Source: Scyliorhinus canicula (Eukaryota). From it: 59,351 bases of DNA. Location: the NCBI RefSeq assembly GCF_902713615.1, contig NC_052149.1:232102069-232161419 (forward strand). Reading direction: 5' to 3'. Position numbers and translations under genes: made by a program. Below the pieces are notes generated by a model. The model ran no database searches. It saw only the letters and a program-made list of their open reading frames with translations, and was not told where the DNA came from. Position 1 is the stretch's first letter. The number at the start of each line of letters is the position of its first letter. Positions 49,368 to 58,685 of the stretch are shown here, piece after piece.

Positions 49368-50995
49368 CTGTCAGAGGGTCAGTACTGAGGGAGTGCTGCA
49401 CTGTCAGTGGGTCAGTACTGAGGGAGTGCTGCACTGTCAGAGGGTCAGTACTGAGGGAGAGCTAAACTATCAGAGGGTCAGTACTGAGGGAGTGCTGCAC
49501 TGTCAGAGGGTCAGTACTGAGGGAGTGCTGCACTGTCAGAGGGTCAGTACTGAGGGAGTGCTGCACTGTCAGAGGGTCAGTACTGAGGGAGTGCTGCATG
49601 TCAGAGGGTCAGTACTGAGGGAGTGCTGCACTGTCAGAGGGTCAGTACTGAGGGAGTGCTGCATGTCAGAGGGTCAGTACTGAGGGAGTGCTGCACTGTC
49701 AGAGGGTCAGTACTGAGGGAGTGCTGCACTGTCAGAGGGTCAGTACTGAGGGAGTGCTGCACTGTCAGAGGGTCAGTACTGAGGGAGTGCTGCACTGTCA
49801 GAGGGTCAGTACTGAGGGAGTGCTGCACTGTCAGAGGGTCAGTACTGAGGGAGCGCGGCACTGTCAGAGGGTCAGTATTGAGGGAGAGCTGCACTGTCAG
49901 AGGGTCAGTACTGAGGGAGTGCTGCACTGTCAGAGGGTCAGTACTGAGGGAGAGCTAAACTATCAGAGGGTCAGTACTGAGGGAGTGCTGCACTGTCAGA
50001 GGGTCAGTACTGAGGGAATGCTGCACTGTCAGAGGGTCAGTACTGAGGGAGTGCTGCATGTCAGAGGGTCAGTACTGAGGGAGTGCTGCACTGTCAGAGG
50101 GTCAGTACTGAGGGAGTGCTGCACTGTCAGAGGGTCAGTACTGAGGGAGAGCTAAACTATCAGAGGGTCAGTACTGAGGGAGTGCTGCACTGTCAGAGGG
50201 TCAGTACTGAGGGAGTGCTGCACTGTCAGAGGGTCAGTACTGAGGGAGAGCTAAACTATCAGAGGGTCAGTACTGAGGGAGTGCTGCACTGTCAGAGGGT
50301 CAGTACTGAGGGAGCGCTGCACTGTCAGAGGGTCAGTACTGAGGGAGTGCTGCACTGTCAGAGGGTCAGTACTGAGGGAGTGCTGCACTGTCAGAGGGTC
50401 AGTACTGAGGGAGTGCTGCACTGTCAGAGGGTCAGTACTGAGGGAGTGCTGCACTGTCAGAGGGTCAGTACTGAGGGAGTGCGGCACTCTCAGAGGGTCA
50501 GTATTGAGGGAGAGCTGCACTGTCAGAGGGTCACTACTGAGGGAGTGCTGCACTGTCAGAGGGTCAGTACTGAGGGAGTGCGGCACTGTCAGAGGGTCAG
50601 TATTGAGGGAGAGCTGCAATGTCAGAGGGTCAGTACTGAGGGAGTGCTGCACTGTCAGAGGGTCAGTACTGAGCGAGTGCCGCACTGTCAGAGGGTCAGT
50701 ACTGAGGGAGTGCTGCACTGTAAGACGGTCAGTACTGAGTGAGTGCTGCACTGTCAGAGGGCCAGTACTGAGGGAGTGCTGCACTGTCAGAGGGTCAGTA
50801 CTGAGGGAATGCTGCCCTGTCAGAGGGTCAGTACTGAGGGAGTGCTGCACTGTCAGAGGGTCAGTACTGAGGGAATGCTGCCCTGTCAGAGGGTCAGTAC
50901 TGAGGGAGTGCTGCACTGTCAGAGGGTCAGTACTGAGGGAATGCTGCCCTGTCAGAGGGTCAGTACTGAGGGAATGCTGCATTGCCGGAGGGTCG
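49368..50995. repeat. Minisatellite, 33-bp unit GTCAGTACTGAGGGAGTGCTGCACTGTCAGAGG, about 49 copies
   Basis: Direct inspection; DCTN4 last intron. Confidence 0.97.
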
Positions 50996-51130
50996 TATTG
51001 AGAGAGCTCTGCACCTTCTGAGCCAGTAAATTGTCATTGAAGGGGTTACCAGGTGGGGTGGTGGGAACACCAGCCCCAGAGGGGAGGTACCAGACCACAC
51101 CCATGCCTTACAAAGCAGCTCTTCCGCTTC

Positions 51131-51311
51131 GGGGCTGGTTTAGCACACTGGGCTAAATAGCTGGCTTTTAAAGCAGACCAAGGCAGGCCTGCAGCACGGT
51201 TCAATTCCCTTACCAGCCTCCCCGAACAGGCGCCGGAATGTGGCGACGAGGGGCTTTTTTAACTTCATTTGAAGCCTACTTGTGACAATAAGCAATTTTC
51301 ATTTAATTTCA
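51131..51311 (+). mobile_element. Short (~185 bp) tRNA-like SINE family B; other copies at 2246-2424(-), 15272-15448(-), 44334-44520(+), 47345-47536(-), tail only at about 27400-27460
   Basis: GGGGCTGGTTTAGCACACTGGGCTAAA...GGTTCAATTCCC...CTACTTGTGACAATAAG-(CATTT)n; at least 5 similar copies. Confidence 0.88.
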
Positions 51312-51548
51312 GCTCTCAATGTCTGCAGGGTGAAGGTCCAGTGAGAAAATAACACGGAAGAAAATTCTAACATTCCATGAATCTGGAAAGCAAAACTTTT
51401 AAACCCCGAACACGATTCCTCTGTTGTCGCTCAGCAGCCATTTCCATGGTAACGAGGGATTAAGACCGGCAATAACCCTGTTCCAGATAAAGTCAGATCC
51501 GACCCCTCAAGCTTGTTCTTTGCTTTGTGAGCCCCATTCATCACTTAC

Positions 51549-51646
51549 TCTGGGTCGTCACGGAAATCCTGCGGTTCAGCCAGCTCGTCATACTCAGCAG
51601 CTGCATCCTTCCCGGCCAGGACGATTTCCTTCGAAGGAAGAACAAC
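51549..51646 (-). CDS. DCTN4: DCTN4 penultimate coding exon ([33 protein letters not shown])
   Basis: tccag|GTT...CCAGA|gtaag, 98 nt. Confidence 0.95.
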
Positions 51647-52388
51647 CTGGAACAGAGACATAGCGGAGTGGGTGACAGCACTCGCCATTCACGGGGTGCT
51701 AGAGCGAGGGGGGGGGGGGGGGGGAAGGGGTGTTCCAGGAGGGGGGCTGTGCTCGTGTGTGCACTCTAGGAGAGGGGGTTTTCCAGGAAAGGGGGGGGGG
51801 GGTTGGGAAAGCCCGGTGATAACATCAGATTGAGTTGAGGGAACATTCCGAGTTAGAGACAAGAATCTGAGGAGGACGAGGAGAATGGCAGCCGTGAAGA
51901 GATGCTCTGTGCAGCAGAGGGAGCCCCATGTCTGAGTGTCAGAGAAGCAAAGGGAACCCTGATGATCAAGGGGTCGAGGGAGTGTGGGAAGTTGTTGAAG
52001 CTGGTGATTCCGATGCGAGGGTCGGATAAGGCCACCAGGACAGCAAAGGAAGCCGGTTGAGTTTGGAGAAGCTGGGTTGTGGCAGGGTGAATGTCGACTG
52101 AGGCTGTGGCGATTGGGGCGAGTAGAAGCTGCACAGGGTTGGGACAATGACCTGGAGCAGCCGACAGGCGGTGAAGAATGCTGTCAACATTAAACTGGAA
52201 CATTTGGGCCAATTCAGGTCCAGGAAAGTTTGTTACCATTGGCTTCGATTGGTTTCAATCTCATGTAAGCAAGGGAGCCCCAAAGCCACCACTGCAAGCA
52301 AAGCTGGACAGAAATAGAGAAACGCATTTCACAACCGATGGGGAGTTATGGGAATAAAGCTCCCCCCTCCCCTTTTGACCGGAGTTAC

Positions 52389-52496
52389 CTTTGCTGTGCT
52401 GTGCACATCGTCAGGGTCTGCCTCTTCACAGGGCAGGAGAGTCACGTGTGTGAGGTTCTCCACAGGGTTAGTCAGTGTCAGAAGCACCTGGCTCTC
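52389..52496 (-). CDS. DCTN4: DCTN4 exon ([20 protein letters not shown]...STAK)
   Basis: tgcag|GAG...AAG|gtaac, 108 nt. Confidence 0.95.
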
Positions 52497-52919
52497 CTGC
52501 AGACAGATCGACAAGAATATAACACATCAAAGCCCACTCCTCATTCCGACTGACAACAAACCCCACCCCCTCCCTCCTCGCCACCCCCTCCCTCCTCGCC
52601 ACCCCTCGTCTCCTCCCAACAGGTTTCCCCCTCACAGGCTCAAACCTCCGCCTGACCAGGAGAGAAACTGGTTGGCTTCTCCCTCAGGACTCCAGCTGAC
52701 CACCGGCCACAGCAGCAAAACTGATCAATTGTGGATTAAAACAGTGACCGAGATAAATACATTTCAGAGAAACATCCAGAAAATAGCTATTCAAATTTGA
52801 GTCAATAAATCTCCTCTGATAATTGATGGAAATTACAGGATAATTCAATGATTTAGAGCAGATAACTCAGAGTTCATCCAAAGGCGTTTGAAAATTTGAA
52901 TAAATTGAAAAAATATCAG

Positions 52920-53517
52920 GGGCGGCATTCTCCCCTACCCGGCTGGGCGGGGGGTCCCGGCGTAGGGGAGTGGCGCCAACCACTCCGGCGTCGGGGCCTC
53001 CCCAAAGGTGCGGAATTCTCCACAAAACCGCCCAAACCGGCTTCAACGGTCCTTAACCGGCCCACCGCCCGGGCGCCGGGGCTGGCCGAAAGGCCTTGGC
53101 GCTGTTCGTGCATGGCGCCGGTGGTGACGTCAGTGGCAGCTGGGGGGATTCTCGTTGCCGCCTACCTCGCCAGGTGGAGGCGTTGAGCGCAGCGGAAGAG
53201 AGAGTGCCCCCACGGCACTGGCCCCCACCGATCTGTGGGCCCCGATCACAGGCCTGGCCACTTGGGGTCCGATCGCCCCGCGCCGCCCCCAGGACCATGG
53301 GGGCCCGCTCACGCTGCCGATCCCGCCGCCACCAGAGGTGGTTCAAACCTCGGCGGCGGGAGAGGCCTGACAGTGGCGGGACTTCGGCCCATCGCAGGCC
53401 GGAGAATCGCCACAGGGGGCTCGCCGGGTGGTGGAGAATCTCTGCCACGGCGGGGGCGGGATTTTCGCCGGCCCCGGGCGATTCTCCGACCCTGCGGGGG
53501 GTCGGAGAATTTCGCCC
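52920..53517. mobile_element. GC-rich PIF/Harbinger-like MITE
   Basis: 14-bp imperfect TIR GGGCGGCATTCTCC / GGAGAATTTCGCCC, 3-bp TSD CAG, internal hairpins. Confidence 0.8.
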
Positions 53518-53612
53518 CAGGAGTGGGTTTCACAAAGATTTGCACTTTGTGACCGAACAGGAATTAAAAGTACAGGTTAGTAAAATAGCTAATTAGACAG
53601 TACAGTGCTTGC

Positions 53613-53667
53613 CTTCATGAAGCGTAGGTTGGGAATCGACAAAATTCGGACCTCTGGAATATAGTTC
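53613..53667 (-). CDS. DCTN4: DCTN4 exon (NYIPEVRILSIPNLRFMK); upstream exons not found in window
   Basis: cacag|GAAC...ATGAAG|gcaag, 55 nt, GC donor; matches dynactin p62. Confidence 0.92.
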
Positions 53668-53774
53668 CTGTGAAAATAAAAACAAATTGGAAAAGGCTGA
53701 GTTTCAAAGGGTTTAAATGGAGACATCAGTTTAACAGTTCCTGAGCTTTGGCCTTTGACTGGCAGCTTCTTCTC

Positions 53775-54081
53775 ATCACAGAATCCCTACAGTGCAGGAG
53801 GCCATTCAGCCCATCGAGTCTCTGCCGACCCTTCGAAGGAGCTTCCTAACTAGGCCCAATCCACGCTCTGGCTCTGTATCCCCACCCAACCTTTGGACAC
53901 GAAGGTCAATTGATCATGGACAATCCACCTAACCTGTGGGTCTGTGGGAGGAAACCGGAGCACCCGGACGAAACCCATGCAGACATAGGGAGAACGTGCA
54001 GACTCCACACAGGGTGACCCAAAGCCAGAATTGAACCCTGGTCCTTGGCGCTGTGATGCTGCAGTGCTAACCACTGTGCCA
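53775..54081 (-). mobile_element. V-SINE (HE1-like)
   Basis: Same family; partial copies also at about 35610-35750, 44790-44880 and 48200-48330. Confidence 0.88.
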
Positions 54082-54539
54082 CATGTAGAAAATGCAATGG
54101 ATATCCAGATTGCAAATTTATAAAACACAGAACCCTCAATCTTACAACTCTCCCCAAAATGCATATTCAGGTAGACTGAACATTTTACTGTGCCTTTCTT
54201 AACCCGAGGAGAGATACCCCAACATGCTTTACAGCCAACAACAACTTTTGTAGTGTCGTCACTGTCGTCACGTAGGAAATGGGAGAGCCGATTTGTGCAC
54301 AGCAAGCTCCCACAACCAGCAATCTGAAAATAAACCAATAGTTTGTTTTCTGAGATGCAGATTGAGTGATAAATATTAACCCAAGAAGCAGACTGACACT
54401 CCCGTCCTTCCCAATGTCGTGCCATAGGGCCTGGATTTAACATCTCATCCACAAGGTGGATTACGCTGATTCAAACATTCAAATCTGGTATAAACTGGAC
54501 CCTGAACAACGACGAATGTTTAGTGTTTAAAGCGAAATC

Positions 54540-55150
54540 CCTCACACGCCTGCTGCGGCGGCGCAGCAGCCCTCGCGCACGCCTGCTGGGGCGGTGCAGC
54601 AGCCCTCGCGCATGCCTGCTGGGACGGTGCAGCAGCAGCAGCCCTCGTACGGCTGCTGGGTCGGTGCAGCAGCCCTCGCGCACGCCTGCTGCGGCGGTGC
54701 AGTAGCCCTCGCACAGCTGCTGGGACCCTGCAGTAGATGCAGCAGCCCCCGCACGGCTGCTGGGACCCTGCAGTAGATGCAGCAGCCCTCGCACGGCTGC
54801 TGGGACGGTGCAGCAGCAGCAGCCCTCGTACGGCTGCTGGGACGGTGCAGTAGCCCTCGCACAGCTGCTGGGACCCTGCAGTAGATGCAGCAGCCCTCGC
54901 ACGGCTGCTGGGACCCTGCAGTAGATGCAGCAGCCCTCGCACGGCTGCTGGGACCCTGCAGTAGATGCAGCAGCCCTCGCACGGCTGCTGGGACCCTGCA
55001 GTAGATGCAGCAGCCCTCGCACGGCTGCTGGGACCCTGCAGTAGATGCAGCAGCCCTCGCACGGCTGCTGGGACCCTGCAGTAGATGCAGCAGCCCTCGC
55101 ACGGCTGCTGGGACGGTGCTGCAGCAGCCCCCACGTGACTGCTGGGACCC
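54540..55150. repeat. Minisatellite, 40-bp unit with internal inverted repeat CAGCAGCC-n7-GGCTGCTG
   Basis: Perfect 40-bp period at about 54860-55110; shorter, diverged units on the left. Confidence 0.94.
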
Positions 55151-55168
55151 TCCAGCAACAGCACCCAG

Positions 55169-56227
55169 AGGGATAATAAAAGGGAGCAGGAAATAAGCAG
55201 TGCCCCTGGTACTTCACCTCCTCAATGTGATGCTGGCACCTGCAGTAGAAATGATTAGAAGGCGCTTACTTTGCACAAAACAATTTTTTGAATGCAAGGG
55301 GCAGGTCCCTGGTAACACACTGTGGCAACTGCTGCAAGGGAAGGAGACGGAAGCTGTCCAGGTCAATGTGCTGGTCTCCCAGACATTCAGCAATGTAATT
55401 CCATCACCCTCTTGTGAGCTCCATCCTCGAACATTAGTAACATGAGTAAGTTCAGATGGTGACTTAATCCATGCCTAAATTTTCATACTGTCCAATGATA
55501 TGCCAATTGTCCTTTTCCTGGTCCATTAACTCAGTCACTCGACCCTCGAGAGGTTCACCTGCCTTTTGGGGAAAAACAATAAACCCTCTGTTATCCTGAA
55601 CAACACTCTCTGACAGACAGCATTGTGTTTTTTCTCCTTCCCTTGTGGTTAGGATGTTTCTGGCAGACTCAAAGTGTAAGGATGAACTGTTACAGCACGA
55701 TCGGCCTCCGCAGTCTGCGCAGCCAAAGTACTGCATCCCCTCAGGAAAAGACGATTGGCGTAAACAGGACACAGCACTCTCTGCTGCTCTCAACACGCTG
55801 GAAATGTGGAAACATTACGTGTGAGAGAGTGATGGATCACAGGAACCCTGCGCAGATTATTAATACAGCACTACACTGGGACGGTCAGCACGGTGCGCCA
55901 ACATACTTGCAGCTGATTATTACATCCAGGGAAGGTTAGAAGTGATATTGTACGCTCGGGAGGGATAATAAAAAGGAACAGGAAATAAGCAGTGCCCCTG
56001 GTACTTCACCTCCTCAATGTGATGCTGGCACCTGCAGTAGAAGTGATTAGAAGGCGCTTACTTTGCACAAAATGATTTTTTGAATGTGAGGGGCAGGTCC
56101 CTGGTAACACACTGTGGCAACTGCTGCAAGGGAAGGAGACGGAAGCTGCCCAGCCCAATGTGCTGGTCTCCCAGACATTCGGCAATGTAATTCCATCACT
56201 CTCTCGTGAGCTCCATCCTCGAACATT
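55169..56227. repeat. Pair of ~267-bp direct repeats (55169-55435 and 55961-56227), about 95% identical
   Basis: Manual alignment, about 13 substitutions. Confidence 0.93.
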
Positions 56228-56811
56228 TGTTACACAAGTCAAGCTTAACAATGCCGATCGGACACAACTGCATTTATAAATATTTAGCTTCAATGGAATG
56301 TATTCATATTAAAAGGCACCACTACCAATGAAAATACAGATGTGCGAGTCAGTGTTCCCTGGAACACATCTGGAGTATTGTGTTTAGTATTGATTCCTTA
56401 TTTAAGGAAGGAGATAAATGCATTGGAAGAAGTTTAGGTTTATAGACTAATACCTGGAATAGGCAGGTTGTCTTGAGGGAAGGTTGGAGGTTAGGCTTGT
56501 ATCCGCTGGAGTTTAGAAGAGTAAGAGGCAACTTGATCAAAACCTTTAAGATCCTGAGGGGTATTGACAGGGTGGATGTGGAGAGGATGTTTCCTTTCGT
56601 GGGAGAATCTAGAATGAGGGATCACTTTTAAAGACAGATGAAGAGAAATGGTTTCTCTCAGAGGGCGGTGACTCTCTGGAACACTTTCTCAATAGGCAGT
56701 GGAAGCAGAATCTGAATATTTTTAAGATGTGGAGATGCCGGGGGTGGACTGGGGTGAGCACAGTAAGAAGTCGTACAACACCAGGTTAAAGTTCAACATA
56801 TTTGTTTCAAA

Positions 56812-56846
56812 CACTAGCTTTCGGCGCACTGCTCCTTCCTCAGGTG
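56812..56846 (-). ncRNA. Minimal hammerhead ribozyme motif in a Penelope-like terminal fragment (about 56728-56860)
   Basis: Minus strand reads CAC CUGAGGA A GGAGC AGU GCGCC GAA AGCU A GUG: both core boxes, stem II, palindromic AGCU in place of stem III, NUH = CUA. Confidence 0.7.
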
Positions 56847-57768
56847 AATCCTCAGAATATTAAAGGCAGAGCTGGATAGATTCTGGATTAACAAGGGGGT
56901 GAAAGGTTATCAGAGATAGGCAGGAATGCGGGATTGAAGTTACAATCAGGTGAGCAGTGATCTTAGCGAATGGTGAAGCAGGCTCAAGGGGCCGAGTGGC
57001 CTACTCCTGCTCCTTGTTCATATGCTGGCCTGTCCTTGAAGATTAGACGGTAAACTCTAAATGTGCTGGCTGAAAAGGTGGTGGAAGCAGATCCAATCGT
57101 TAACTTTCAAAATCGAATTTGTTACATTGCTGAATCCGGACTCTGATTCTGATGAAGAGTACATTGCCACAGCTTCACACACAGCCTTTTCTCAGGGTAC
57201 TGTGACAAACGTTGAACTTTACAAGACGGTAAAATGTCTCTGTTATCTTGAGGTAAAACAGTGTCCAGGACAGCAAGGATGATGATCATACTGACTCTCA
57301 GAGAAACCCATATGATCCAAACTGAACCCTATTAAAAACTCAAGTGGCAGCTTTCGCACCTTGACATAGGGACAGCTGATTTTGAGTCACAGAGATACAT
57401 AATTTACTGCTGTGAGGGAGCAGCAACTGTGGTGAAGAGCAGGGTGACCTGTTCTTGTGTTAACCAAACAGAATGTTTGTAAAAGTGGTTTTCTGTTCCA
57501 AAGGAAGGGAACAGGACGGCCAGCACTTTGGGATTTAAGGAACAACGAGTCATTGAAGTGGGTCTGCCTGGTGGAAGTGTCCTCGAGAATACTCACTCAG
57601 AGTGGAATGATTCTCGAAGAACACCAGAAAATTCAACTGGTATGGAAGGAAGAGGTGAGCCTGCTAGAAGTTGAGAGTGCCCTGAGACTTAATCCTGCAC
57701 TGCTGCTCATCAGCCAGAAACATAGCATAACATAAAAACTTGTCGCACAGCATATTTTGATTTAATTA

Positions 57769-58341
57769 CCGTATATACTCGCGTATCATGCGATCTCGCG
57801 TATCATGCGACCCCTAAATTTTCGTCCCCAAAACATGATTTTATGCTATTTCTCATGTATCATGCGAGTCACTTTTTTGGAAATTAATGTCCAAACTAAA
57901 ACTTCCAAATGGTATCACTGTCTGTGGATTCTGCAGAGTGGATTCTGTTGTGAAAGCTGTTCGCGAATCGAACAGCTTTCCAGCTGGCTTGACTAGCGTC
58001 GTTCTGCCACTTGACGTTTCCATTCATAAAAACGGCAAGTAAAACACCCGCGAATTCTGTATCGGAAAAAGACGGCCATGTATTGAATAAACTACCCATA
58101 TGATCAGGAATACTACTCTTCAGACTTTGACCACAGCATTCTGATGGGAAGATGTTCAGCCACTTGACGTTTCCATTCATGTTTTTATGAATGGAAACGT
58201 CAAGTGGCTGAACATCTTCCCATCAGAAAAAACAGCAAGTAAAACACCCGCGAATTTTGTATCTCACGTAACATGCGACCCCCCCAAATTTAGGTTACAA
58301 TTTAGGTCTTCAAAAGTCGCATGATACGCGAGTATATACGG
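57769..58341. mobile_element. Non-autonomous Tc1/mariner-superfamily (Tc2/pogo-like) MITE
   Basis: 25-bp perfect TIR CCGTATATACTCGCGTATCATGCGA, TA on both sides, subterminal repeats of the TIR motif, no transposase ORF. Confidence 0.9.
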
Positions 58342-58369
58342 TAGTAAATTAAAAAGTACTTCTCCTTCA

Positions 58370-58560
58370 AGTTTTAAAAATAGGAAAAGCTGGAAAAACT
58401 CAACAGGTATGGCAGCATCTGTGGAGAGAACAGAGCTAACATTGAGTCTGGATGACTTTTCATCAGAGTTGAGAAAACTGGAAATAGGATGGAGATTTGT
58501 ATTGTAGTGGGGGGTGGGGGGGGATGTAAATGGTGGTGATCATGGCAAAGGAAGGTGTGA
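58370..58560 (-). mobile_element. Penelope-like 3' terminal fragment
   Basis: Minus strand ctgatgaaaagtcatc...ctctccacagatgctgcc; similar short pieces at about 18300-18360 and 28550-28595. Confidence 0.55.
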
Positions 58561-58685
58561 TGGTGGCACATTAAGAGATCAGTGCGCGTTAATGGCAGAA
58601 CAAAGGTATGCAGTGTGTCGAAGGATTACCTGGAACGGAACAGATGACCCTAGCGGGGTGAGAGAGAGAGAGAGAGACATAGGTA

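Noticed and set aside
49288-51021. (HCQRVSTEGVL)n ORFs as a zinc-binding repeat protein
   Set aside because: 33-bp SINE-derived minisatellite, antisense in a DCTN4 intron, with frameshifting variants.
52896-53596. CpG island or promoter with several ORFs (also 8661-9188)
   Set aside because: Explained by GC-rich MITEs bounded by TIRs.
54540-55150. CRISPR-like array of palindromic repeats (also considered for 24702-25205)
   Set aside because: No unique spacers, no cas genes, vertebrate intron.
55169-56227. TRIM or miniature LTR element
   Set aside because: The repeats lack TG...CA ends; no TSD, PBS or PPT seen.
58430-58475. Additional hammerheads in other Penelope ends (also about 1890-1925 and 3030-3065)
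   Set aside because: The CUGANGA or GAAA core is mutated or deleted.
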